NCBI RefSeq assembly: GCF_001194135.2
Contig: NC_068983.1
Location: forward strand, 94,266,672 to 94,330,671
Length of the DNA: 64,000 nt
Direction of reading: 5' to 3'
DNA from: Octopus bimaculoides
Taxonomy: Eukaryota
A program made the position numbers and the translations under genes. A model generated the notes under the pieces. That model saw nothing but the letters and a program-made list of their open reading frames with translations, was not told the origin of the DNA and ran no database searches. The first letter of the stretch is position 1, and every line of letters starts with the position of its first letter. Below, piece by piece: positions 11,312 to 22,947 of this stretch.

Positions 11312-13384
11312 ATATTGTTGTTTACGAATAAGTCTTAATTTATAATTCTATACAATTTTATTGTTGCTAGGTGCTCACTTTAAATTTGTTTCTTTAATTG
11401 TCTCAACTTTTTTCAAATCTTTAACTTATATGTGTTCTTTTTTAATGTAAACCTTTCTATGTTCCTAGTACATGCCTAGTATACCTTGTATAACAAACTT
11501 AAGTCTAGTTTTGTATTATTAGTCATTAGATAAAACCAATAACAGAATCTTTTACTTATCTGTTTATCAGATATTTCATTTTCTCTATTCATACAGCTCA
11601 TTATCATTTCATATTTTTAACCCTTTGCTGGTCCTTGTATCGCATGTGATACACAGAAATTTTTCCCTAACATCCATGCGTCATATATGATACATGTTCA
11701 CAATTTTTTTCAACCATCAGAGTAATGGAAAGCTTTATATTATGCAGAACATGAAATGAGCTAACTAAAAGTCTGAAAAACAAGCATAAGTATAAACATT
11801 GTTATCTTTTGGTTTGACTATTTTGCTCCAAAAAAATTTTCTGAATAAATGAAATCAATAGATCTTTATATAGGAAAAGTAAGATAAAAACATGCGACAT
11901 TGAAAAAAAAGATCATGTGATTTCATCACTATTCATATTATGCTTACAATTTTATATTAACCTTTGTTACATTTTGTCAGCATTTTATGTGAAAATGTTA
12001 TTTCTTCAAGCATTACTGTGTCTCCACCCTCAAATATATCAGTAATTCCAATATGCTACTAAATGCTTAATCCCCAGAAGAATAGAAGACAAATTTCAAT
12101 GAGACTTGAACTAGTGTGTCAGTAAACATAAAGCAGGTATACCTATGTGGGCATAGTTCCTGGTTTTGTAACCACTGCACAGCACCTTAGGCAAGTATCA
12201 TCTATCATAACCCTGGGTTGACCAACACATTGTAGGCGAAATTTGGTAAACAAAAACTATGCAGAATCCTCTCTTATGTGTATATGTGCATATGTGTTTG
12301 CATGTCAATGATACGTATATCAATGTATCAAGTGAAACTACCTTGTATTTTGTCTACCAAATCTTGTGGACAAAGTACTGGGGAGTCTGTAACTGACATG
12401 GATAACCTTTCTTAAAAAGGCAAGCCACATTACTAAAAAAAGAATTCAAGGTGATTTTTTGTTGGTGAGCCATTCAGAAAGTCTCACTGGCTGCAGTTTG
12501 CCCATGACTGGTCTATAATATATCAGCTAAATATTAAATACCAACTAAAACTTGAAGGCAACACCCTAACATGGCTACAGTCCAGTGACTGAAACCAATA
12601 AAAGTAATATCTAGTCTAGATCTATGCCAGTAGCCCCAACCATATATATTGAATAAATCAATTCAGCATATCATTTTAGTTCAAATAAAAGAAATGTAAT
12701 AAGTTTTATTTATAAATTCATAAATCAAAGAAATCTAGTTTTTAATAGTTAGCCCTATTGAGTAGATAATATGTTGTTCAGTAGCAGCACCTAACATTAG
12801 AGTTATGCTACCGCTTTCTGTATCAAGGCTGCAATGACACTTCATATAAACAGGCTCACCTGCTGCCAACTAAAGACATCAGTCTGCAGAAGGATCAGTG
12901 TGACCTAATCAGCTGGTTACAACTACTGTTAGTGCTTGATGAAACCACCATAAGCATGATGTATGTAGCATAACAAGAGACTAATGAAGGATCATCCAAC
13001 TATTGCTAGTGATTGCTGCTGGATAACAATGTTTGCTAGTAATGCATGAATCATTCAACAAGCTCTGTCTGTGGGGATACATAAAAAAACTCAAGTTGGT
13101 TGTTTGATACATAAGGGTGAAAGGAAGCCTGTGATATATCAATGTTGACATTTGACACAAGTTCCTATTAAGAAATGATAATTCTTTCTTGGTCTTTCTC
13201 TGACATAGGTTCTTTTCACTATCAATACACAGAATTTTTTTCCCCACTGCCAGTTCTATCCACATGCATTGTATATCATACAGTGTAGCTGCTTCTGCAC
13301 GTATCAAATCCCCTTAACTTCCAATGATTGTTTCATCTCCCTGTTGCTCCATATTAGATGTCAGTTAATATTGCACCTAACTTG

Positions 13385-13575
13385 AAGGTGGCAAATTGGC
13401 AGAATTGTTAGCATGCCAAGCAAAATGCTTAGTGGCATTTTGTCTGTCTGCATGATGTTTTGAGTTCAAATCCCACCAAGGTCGACTTTACTTTTCGTCT
13501 TTTTGGATTCAGGGTCAATGCAATTGACTTAACCCGCCACCAAAATTGCTGGCTTTGTGCCAAAATTTCACACCC
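13385..13575 (+). mobile_element. tRNA-derived SINE, family C
   Basis: GGCAGAATTGTTAGCA..GAGTTCAAAT..AAGGTCGACTTT shared with copies at 15765, 18700, 21605, 47575, 55590 and 60820. Confidence 0.75.
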
Positions 13576-14965
13576 ATATTGCACATAACTCAGATCTCCC
13601 CCATTGAATACTATGTCTTGCTATCATTCTGCATCACACCTACACTTTTTTAATAGTCAGAAATATTTGTTAGTGGTAGTGGTTCTATCATTTAATCAAG
13701 GATCATTTGGCTGTAGAAAACATAAAAAGAATACGATCAAATTAATTACAACATTAAAGGCTGTTGAATTGCCCTGTGTTCCCAGATAGATAAATGAAAG
13801 CCTGATATTGTTACAACATACTGAAAATACATTCAAAAACAAGTATGAAACCTTAAAATTGCATCTGTTATCAAGAGGTAATTCACTTAAATTGCTTACA
13901 AAGTGATGGAACCATCTTATGAAATAAAATCTTCTCAAACAAGAATGCATATACAAAGTTAATCTAAAGTTAAATATTTGGATATGTTCAGAAAGACCCT
14001 CGAAGTGACACTTGAGGAATTTTGGTATTTTATAGTTAGTCAGAGGAGAACTAGCACTCATAACTTTTGATGAGTTCAAAGTAGTCGGTGTTCAGTCTGA
14101 ATATCTGCTATCAGCAAGACAGATGCATGAATAGAATTCCTGAAATTTGTAACTCTGATGGGTTAGTAATGAGGGACAGGTATGTGATGTAGAAAATGAG
14201 ATATAGTAGGAAGAGAGATGTGAATGCAGATAACAAATTTATAAGAGCAGAGATAAGAAGCATTGCTCACATGAGCCAATACTTGTATATTTGTGTGTCA
14301 ATTTCTTTTTTTTAATCATTTAAATGGCTTTTTGGTTGTTTATATTTGTGTATACAGCAACCAGCATTAACAACTCAGATATGTGAGCTGTATTATAAGG
14401 TGGATCTTTTTTTTTTTTGAGTATTGTAGAAGATTAACAGCTGACCATGGTTGGAATAGAATTAGGGCTTTTCTGGAATTGAAGCCTATTCTTTTTTGAG
14501 CTGTTTGGATTTTGTCTGTGTGAATAGCAGATAAGTTATTAAAATCCAGAAATAAGTATTTATTTTCCTTTTTTTAATGAACCTTCAGTTGAATACTGAA
14601 GTTGATGTAATTGATATGTTGAAATACAATTTGTGAAATCAACTTTCTTTTTATATGTACATGAATCTTAATTCAACCAATTATAGGAGAAAGAGAAGGA
14701 AAAATAAGTAATTTTTAAAAATATGACCAAACAAATACACCACAGTGTAGGTTAGGTGGCTGTAAAGACATGGCTGCACACCTAAGAGTAAGTCCTTGGA
14801 GTAAAGTGAATCAAACTTTGAAGAGAACAGTTGAATGGGTTCATGAATGAGCTAAAACAAAGAAAATAAGGCATGTAAATGGATACAAATGACAATAAAA
14901 TGGAAAAATAAATTAAGTTGGAAAGATAGGTTTGACAGACAATGTACTGGTTGTCAAAAATTTGT

Positions 14966-15125
14966 TTAACCCTTTAGAATTAAGATTACTCTTCAAATGT
15001 AATACTTGTTTATTTTTAGAATGATATTGTAGGATAGGTATGACAGGCCAGATCTGGCATGTTTGAACATAAAACAGGTAGAATATTTGGGCCAGATATG
15101 GCTGGTTTAAATATGAAAGGGTTAA
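14966..15125 (-). mobile_element. piggyBac-like MITE, internally deleted, orientation B
   Basis: TTAACCCTTTAG ... AAAGGGTTAA; body is the reverse complement of 8015-8238. Confidence 0.75.
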
Positions 15126-15371
15126 TTGGTTGAAAGAAATTCATGGCATTCAAACCCTATGTTCAGAGGTTTGGGTTGTGTGTGTGCTGGTTAGTACTCT
15201 GATACAACACATACAGATAGCTGGACATGATTGGGGAAGATCTTCAGAGACTCAACATCACCTTGGAGGATGCAGAAGGCTGGTACATGACCACCAGCAA
15301 TGGAGAACACTGGTCAGCTCTATGCATGATGACATCTCAGAGACCACTAACCAGCCTCATGAAGCAAGCAA

Positions 15372-15416
<45 letters not shown>

Positions 15417-15764
15417 CACATATATGTATACCAATATATTCACATGCACACATTGTGCGTGTGTATACATGAATGTTGACATTCTGCATCTCTACATGAC
15501 ACCGAGTAAAGCACTGATGCCATGTTTACATTCTTTATAAACATTACATCCTGTAACTCTGTGCTTTTGAAGGCCTGCAAGATGAAAATTCCTTATTTGC
15601 AAAATGGATTCAAATAAGGGAATTTTCATTCTGCATGTTTTCAAACAGGTAAGTGTTGTGAAGGGAAGTTTAATTGCAAAATATTGTCTCAAGTTTCCAG
15701 CCAACCCATAGCAGCATGGAAAAGTAGATGCAACATGAACAAATGAACTAAAATTTACATCTAC

Positions 15765-15970
15765 ATTACCAGCAGAATCATTAGCATGCTGGGCAAAATG
15801 CTCTGCAGTATTTCATCCGTCTTCATGTTCTGAGTTCAAATTCTTCCAAGGTTGACTTCACCTTTCATCCTTTGAGGTTGATAAAATAAGTACGAGTTGA
15901 GCACTAAGGTTGGTGTAATCAACTTACCTCATCCCCTGAAATTGTTGACCTTGAACCGAAATTTGAAACT
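15765..15970 (+). mobile_element. SINE family C
   Basis: Same head and core as 13385 and 21605. Confidence 0.75.
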
Positions 15971-16039
15971 AATATAACTAAGAAGGTACTTAGCTCTTGC
16001 TGAATTCAACTGTTATGTAAAAATCTTGTCTGTGGGTAC

Positions 16040-16183
16040 TGTGGTGTGTGTGTACGAGTAGATGTAATCGCCTTACCTCGGTTTTCCTTTCGTCGACTGC
16101 GAGTCTGTCTTGCGGTATCCAATCCTAGAAGCTTGCCCCGACCCAAAGAACACCAGGAATAGCAGCTGCTTCTCCCAAACCTG
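16040..16183 (-). repeat. 3' LTR, visible part (runs into the gap)
   Basis: 144 nt nearly identical to 16842-16985. Confidence 0.9.
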
Positions 16184-16632
16184 NNNNNNNNNNNNNNNNN
16201 NNNNNNNNNNNNNNNNNNNNNNNNNNNNNNNNNNNNNNNNNNNNNNNNNNNNNNNNNNNNNNNNNNNNNNNNNNNNNNNNNNNNNNNNNNNNNNNNNNNN
16301 NNNNNNNNNNNNNNNNNNNNNNNNNNNNNNNNNNNNNNNNNNNNNNNNNNNNNNNNNNNNNNNNNNNNNNNNNNNNNNNNNNNNNNNNNNNNNNNNNNNN
16401 NNNNNNNNNNNNNNNNNNNNNNNNNNNNNNNNNNNNNNNNNNNNNNNNNNNNNNNNNNNNNNNNNNNNNNNNNNNNNNNNNNNNNNNNNNNNNNNNNNNN
16501 NNNNNNNNNNNNNNNNNNNNNNNNNNNNNNNNNNNNNNNNNNNNNNNNNNNNNNNNNNNNNNNNNNNNNNNNNNNNNNNNNNNNNNNNNNNNNNNNNNNN
16601 NNNNNNNNNNNNNNNNNNNNNNNNNNNNNNNN

Positions 16633-16806
16633 TTCTAAGTACAGGGTCAGGGCGCTCCCTTCCAAGTATAGAGCCATGAGACTCACCACATCACTTATTC
16701 CTTGCAGTTTGGCAATGAGCCTAATTTTTCGCATCCAAGCCATGACATCTCCTTCGCCATTAAAAGGCCTGATCACATTGCTGGCGATCCTAATCTTGGC
16801 TGCCAT
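16633..16806 (-). CDS. gag: Gag N-terminus (58 aa visible, truncated by the gap)
   Basis: MAAKIRIASNVIRPFNGEGDVMAWMRKIRLIAKLQGISDVVSLMALYLEGSALTLYLE; F.G.GD..AW..K..L.A.L and L.GSAL pattern of Gypsy capsid N-termini; ATG 35 nt after the LTR. Confidence 0.8.
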
Positions 16807-16829
16807 CGCGGCGAATTTCTACACGTGGG

Positions 16830-16841
16830 GCCGAAATAGCT
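16830..16841 (-). other. Putative primer-binding site complementary to tRNA-Phe nt 1-12
   Basis: Plus strand GCCGAAATAGCT abuts the LTR; equals the recalled 5' end of metazoan tRNA-Phe(GAA); no TGG-type PBS is present. Confidence 0.55.
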
Positions 16842-17112
16842 TGTGGTGTGTGTGTACGAGTAGATGTAATCGCCTTACCTCAGTTTTCCTTTCGTCGACT
16901 GCGAGTCTGTCTTGTGGTATCCAATCCTTGAAGCTTGCCCCGACCCAAAGAACACCAGGAATAGCAGCTGCTTCTCCCAAACCTGGACCGTCACTAGACA
17001 CATCTTGTCCTGTCCGCGACCCCGTTCGAAAAGGGCACGAATCCCGACCGAGGCTCCCTCTGCCCTTTTTCGTCTTCCGGTCAGCCTCCCCAGACACTGA
17101 CGTCATACCACA
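16842..17112 (-). repeat. 5' LTR (271 bp)
   Basis: TG..CA termini with a 6-bp inverted repeat; direct repeat of 16040-16183. Confidence 0.9.
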
Positions 17113-17813
17113 GGTACAACACTGTAGGTATCAGGTTACAGACTGTTAATATCTCAGCTGATTATCTTGTCATGTATTGGCTAAGTCATCTGTTGATCTC
17201 ATCACATTTTATCAGCAAATGTTATCCATTCATTATCATTTTGGTATTGAAGTTTATACAGCCAGTTAAATGAAAACCAGAAATCAAACTTGTTAAGTAA
17301 GATGTGAACTAGGTGGGCTTTCACATGATAAATGAAATGGTTAATGTGCATTAGCCACTGGATTACAGTTACTGAAGGAGCCTCCTCATAGTTACTCAGT
17401 TTTCAAGAAAAAGCAGCTAAATTTTGAATCACATTAACCATCTTGACAAAAAAAAAGGGGAAAAGATGTGTTGAATAATGCAAATCCAAATACACTACTC
17501 CTGATCATGGTTAACCTAAACCTAAATAACAGCAGCCCATAATCAGTATACATCTCTAGTTATAATGGCAAAGTATTTGATGTTTGAAATAATCTGGACT
17601 GAGGCTGAGTTCTGGAAAAGTCGTGGTGTCTAAATACAGGTACAATACCAACTTACCGGACCATATCTAGAATCTTTTATCTGCATTAATTTACACTAAT
17701 ATACAGGTGCCTGTATTTCATTTAATTAATGAAATCAATTTAATATTTGAAAATAGAAATAATACATTTCTAAATCTCTCATGAGAGATTTATGCAGTAG
17801 CAGCACGATAAAG

Positions 17814-18086
17814 TGATAGTATGTTGTCAACTTAATGTGACAGTCTCATGAAAGGGAAGAACACTACTGTTATTTAGCCCTAGGAAACACCAATGATAAG
17901 CAATGACTCTGAAACTTGTCTCTGGATACTGGCTTTGTTGGGTAGAGGTGCTTATCTTCACTTTGAAAACATAAGGACACAAGAAATGTGTCAAGTCCAA
18001 CAGGAAACAGTGTTTCCTAGGGCTAAATAACAGTAGCATTCTTCCCTTTCATGGGACTGTCACATTAAGTTGACAACATACTATCA
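17814..18086. repeat. 77-bp inverted repeat (3 mismatches) around a 119-bp spacer; foldback/MITE-like
   Basis: Arms 17814-17890 and 18010-18086. Confidence 0.9.
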
Positions 18087-18264
18087 ATTTAATATATGTT
18101 TAATTTAGAGTGAGTTGACAAAGGTGATCACTCATTGGTTTGAAAAAAGACTGTAATCCAGAAAAGCCTTGGAACCAAGTTCTGGAAAATCGGTTGTACA
18201 TGTACAGAAGTCATTTCTTCAGATCTATAGGTGTTGAACCCTTTTTTTTATTTATCTATTTATT

Positions 18265-18465
18265 TTTTAGCCATTTCAATCATTTGACTGCGGCCATGCT
18301 GGAGTACTGCCTTGAAGTGTTTTTGTCAAACTGTTCAATCCCAAGACTTATTTTTAAGTCTAGTACTTATTCCAGCAGGTCTCTTTGCTGAACCGCTAAG
18401 TTACAGGGACGCAAGCACACCAACACCAGTTGTCAAGCAATGATTGGCGGGGGGTGAACACACAT

Positions 18466-18497
<32 letters not shown>

Positions 18498-18658
18498 GTA
18501 CAATGGAATTCTTTCAGTTTCTATCTGCCAAATCCACTCACAAGCTTTTGGTTGATCTGAGGCTATAGTAGAAAACATTTGCCCAAGGTGCCGCGCAATG
18601 GGACTGAACCCACAATCATATGGTTGAGAAGCAAGCTTCTTACCACACAGCTATACCT
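18265..18658 (-). mobile_element. SINE family B, near full length
   Basis: Colinear with 1695-2048, including the central (CA)/(TA) tract. Confidence 0.8.
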
Positions 18659-18699
18659 TAAAAAAATTTTTAATTTGAAACCATTATTATAAGTTGATC

Positions 18700-19110
18700 A
18701 AAGCTGGGAGAATTGTTAGCACACTAGACAAAATACTTAGTGGCATTTCATCCAGCTTTATGTCATAAGTTCAAATTCTACTGAGGTCAATGTCGCATTT
18801 CTTCTTTTCAGAGCCAATAAAATAAGTAGCAATTGAGCACTGGAGTCAATGTACACTCCCCTCAAAATTTCTGGTCTTGTGCCAAAATAAGAAAGAATTA
18901 TCATAAGTTAGTCAAGGGTGGGGGATTGACAGAATCTTAAGAGCATCAGGAAAAATGTGTACTGGCATTTCTTCCAGATCTCCATGGTAAATTCCAGCAA
19001 GGTCAACTTTACCTTTCCTTTGGGGCTGATAAAGTGTCAGTCAAGTACTGGGGATGATGGTATCGACTTGTTCCCTTCCATCAAAATTACTAGCCAAAAT
19101 TAGAAACCAT
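18700..19110 (+). mobile_element. Two tandem degenerate SINE family C copies
   Basis: Two successive GAATTGTTAG../CAGAATCTTAAGAGC.. heads, each followed by AGGTCAA..TT and CAAAAT tails. Confidence 0.55.
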
Positions 19111-19729
19111 TATTATAAATTAGTCTGTGACTGACCCCATAATGTTGGCAAATTAATTTGGTTGATGAAATTTTTTAGATACATGTTGGAAGGAAAAATT
19201 TTTCATTAATGAAATTCACTTACAGGGCATTGGAAGACACTTGCCCAAGATGTCACATAGTGGGACTGAATCTGAAACAACATGGTTGAGAAGCAAACTT
19301 TTTAAAGTTAGTCATTTATCATCATCATCATATGTTCACGTTCAGCATGGGCTGAAAGGGTCATCATGATCCAAGACATTTCTTATTGAGAACTACTGCT
19401 TCTGAAGACTATTGCTCAGATATGTCATTTGAGTTGATTTGTAGGTTTGTATGCCTTTTCTATGCCCACAAAACTCAATGTACTGGGTACAACACTAGAG
19501 ATGTATATTCCTTGGCAAAGCAAGATTATAAAAGAACCTTACAACCTTTACACTTTCTCTGCTGATTTGCCTATCACTATACAGTGTGTTCTGGGCTCAT
19601 TTTCATGGCACCAGCACCAAAGAGGGAGCCTTGTTCACCATTCAATTGCAGAGGGAGGACAACAGATTCTGTCATAGCACCATGACTACAGATGGGATGT
19701 CTTGTATACAGTAAATATAAAAAATACTC

Positions 19730-20830
19730 AGTCACTTCAGATGTGTTGACTGAGAAGGGTAATAAAGGGAGAGCAATGATAGTAGAAAGGGCATTTGGGA
19801 GGGGAAGATAGGAGTGTTAACTGCAGAGAGTTCTCAGTAACCTCAGAAATGTATATTTGCTGAAGTGACTGAAGAGGAGAATAATGGGGGGAGAGAGAAA
19901 AAGAGCAAAGATATGAGATGGGCCAAAATTTGGGGGAGATGGAAGGAGAGAGAATTTGGTGGGAAAGTATAATGGACAGGGTTATCTGGGGATAGAATTG
20001 GGACAGGATAGCAATAACAGAAAAAGAGAGAGTGAGGGAGGGAGATAAGTTTGCAAAACAGAACAAATTTGTATATGTAGCCTATTAATATCCTTTTAAC
20101 TTACTAATGATGTGTCATGAAACAAATCTTTGATAAAAAAAAGAAGTCACAAGACTAGAGTCTTAGAAATAAATACAACCTAAAAAAGAACTAGCATGCT
20201 AAAACCAGGCTGGATAACTTTTGTAGTCACTCATCAAGTGACAAGTATTGATAATCTACAAAATCATTGCCCCATAAGAACAGTGTATTGGGTGCATTTT
20301 TTCATAGCACTAGCAACAGAGACAAAACAAAAAGACCCACTCAACCTCATGCACAGGAACATTTTATCATGGCATTAGCTCTTGAAAGGATAGGTTGAGA
20401 GAGTGATGGATAGTAAGAGGTGAACAAGTAGTAAGGATAAATGATGAATGTTAATATCAAATGGCTAGAGTTGGGGGAATATAGATAGTGTATGAAGTAC
20501 ATGTACATCTGATGCGAACCTTTTGCATATACCTTGAGAAGGGTGAGAGAGCAAAAAGGAGGATGAGAGATGCAGAGGTAGTATGTTGGTAAGAGGATAA
20601 TCTTAATGCATCCCTAATTACACTGAAAGCAATGTATGGTGAATAGAAGAGATTCACTGCTATCTGTAGTCATAAGCAGCATGGTACAGTGTGATTGAGA
20701 GATGAGCATGAATGATAAAGTTATAGGTGGTAGATAGATAAGTGACAAGAGAGATATGCCATAGAAAAGATGAGTGATAAGAATGTTAGAGAGGTGAGAA
20801 GCTTCCAATGATGTCAGTGATGTATGCACA
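19730..20830 (-). mobile_element. Highly degraded Penelope-like RT remnant
   Basis: Purine-rich plus strand like 32130-33660; only faint RT-like patches, no intact ORF. Confidence 0.3.
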
Positions 20831-21329
20831 CACACACACACATATCAGATTGGAACCTGGCGAAGCCCACCGGCTTACCAGTTTTCAGTCAAACAGTCCA
20901 ACCCATGCCAGCATGGAAAGCGGACGTTAAATGATGATCATGATATATATTTAGTATTACATAATTCAAGGATCAAGGTGTAGGAAGCTAGTAAATTTTC
21001 AGTGGCCTGTAGAAGTTATGGTTTATTGACATAGAAGGTTGTAAATTTTTCCAATATCAAAGCTTGATAAGCTGAAAAATGTTATTTTATAGTTCACGGT
21101 TAGCAACTAGGGTTGCTGTGTAGGCAAATAAGAATCTGAATGTATATATACACATATATACATGCACATACATATACCTAAAGATACTTATGCATATCTT
21201 TATATATATACATTTTTAACATTCATTTTGCCATAGGTAGGTTAGTCTTCATACCCAGACCAATACAATTGTTTCTCTTGTTCATTACATCTCAGTCTTC
21301 TTTTGTTTAGTTTTTCTCTGTTTCTTTGT

Positions 21330-22020
21330 GCTCCAACATTCATGCACACTTGTATGATACATTGAGTGGAGTACACCCACTTCATTTCTTTCTATTTTTA
21401 CAAATCCTCACCATTCAATATCCACACCTCACTAGCATGTAGCATTGCATTTCATACACAAGCATTATACAATCTGCCCTTCACTCTGAGAGACAAAAAC
21501 CCTTTGTTGCAAGTAGAGATAATAGTTCCCCAAACTTTTTCCAGCAAATTTTTGCTCTAGCTATTCTGCTTTCACAATGCCTCTCATCTTCTGTCAATCT
21601 GGTCCTCAAGCTGACAGAAACATTAGCACGCTGGGCGAAATGCTTAGCAGTATTTTGTCTGTCTTTATGTTCCGAGTTCAAATTCCACTGAGATTGACTT
21701 TGCCTTTCATCCTTTCGGTGTTGATAAAGTACCAGTTGCGTACTGGAGTCGATCTAATCGACTAGCCCCCTCCCCCAAAATTTCGGGCCTTGTGACTAGA
21801 GTAGAAAAGAATCTGGTCCTCAAGTAACAGAAGCTACCAACTACTTCTAGAGAGCTTCCTGGGCACTGAAGGTAGTCTATTTCATGTATGCGTTTACTGC
21901 CCCTATGTGCCTGCCACCTGTGAAATTTACCTTTTCTGTTAGCCCACCTATGATCCCACTTCACCTCGTGTATCCATAGTTTACATTGGATACACAGCAT
22001 GGAATTTTTACTTACTTTTC
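21330..22020 (-). mobile_element. RTE LINE RT fragment split by a SINE
   Basis: SLEVVGSFCYL (ORF 21707) and RIARAKICWKKFGELLSLLATKGF (ORF 21481), then GRLYNACV..MLHASEVW. Confidence 0.75.
21605..21810 (+). mobile_element. SINE family C inserted into the RTE fragment
   Basis: Well-preserved copy interrupting the minus-strand RTE reading frame. Confidence 0.8.
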
Positions 22021-22947
22021 TATATATCAAGCATGATATATAGTGGTAGCAGGGTCCTGTCTCCTTTCCTACTCACTAATACTTCGGTTTTATATAAGGG
22101 GCACACCATAGTCCTTGAGTGCTTTCAGTGAAGTTAGCTCTGTAATAAATGTTTTGTCCAGATATCATGTAGTCTGAGAATAACTTCATATTTCGAGGTG
22201 TTGTTTCCTAATGTACAAACCTATGAGTGGTAGTTTTCTTCCTTTCCCTACTGTCTTAGATGTCCTGCACACATCTTAGGTACTTCTTTTTCTATTGAGA
22301 TTAGGTTATAAAAAGAATGTATGGGTGTAGTGTCAGAAAAAATGCTTTGCTCCATTTTTTCGGCTTATACACACACACAGAGGCGAATGAACGACTGACA
22401 GTTACGGAAACTGATAGAATTTCCTCTAATAAAATAACTGTTTTGACTTCATTGGAGCAACCTCTAAATCACGATCCTCTCCATCTTTATTGTAGACATA
22501 CTAGCCTTAGTTTTTTATGTGGTCATTGGTAATTCCCGTTTTGGAGATATAGGACATATTTAAGATAAATTTAGCTCCTATTTCTAACACGTTATTGTTT
22601 CGCTCCAGGCTGGATTTATTTCTGTAGACCTATGATTAAAGACACTTCAGTCGTGACTATATTGTTTTTATTTAGACGTAGAGTATATCAATCTAAATTG
22701 CTCTTACTTGAAGCCAGTAGGATGTATTTGAAGATATGGCTGCTATTTCTAACTGCTTGAGGGACCAGGTTCCCTTATTTATTCGTATATAGTATAACTT
22801 GTATGTCTATTATATAAAAAATGATACCAACACACTACTGTATGTCATTTGCTAAATATCTGGCTGCTATTTTTTGCTGGTCGAGTTGTCACACAGATGC
22901 TCTTTCGTTAGCTTGACATTCAACAGGTCAAGCAACTATGTCGAAAC

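Larger units (their letters stand above)
16040..17112 (-). mobile_element. Young Ty3/Gypsy-type LTR retroelement with 5-bp TSD (GGTAC); internal part largely in a 449-N gap
   Basis: GGTAC at 16035-16039 and 17113-17117; LTR termini TGTGGT..ACCACA; the two LTRs differ at 3 of 144 comparable nt; gag-like ORF on the minus strand. Confidence 0.9.

Noticed and set aside
13696-14079. 127-aa minus-strand ORF ending near a GTAAGC donor
   Set aside because: No recognisable homology, and no in-frame acceptor or partner exon.
16842-17112. Self-priming (Tf1-like) explanation of the PBS
   Set aside because: The best complement within the LTR is only about 8/12.
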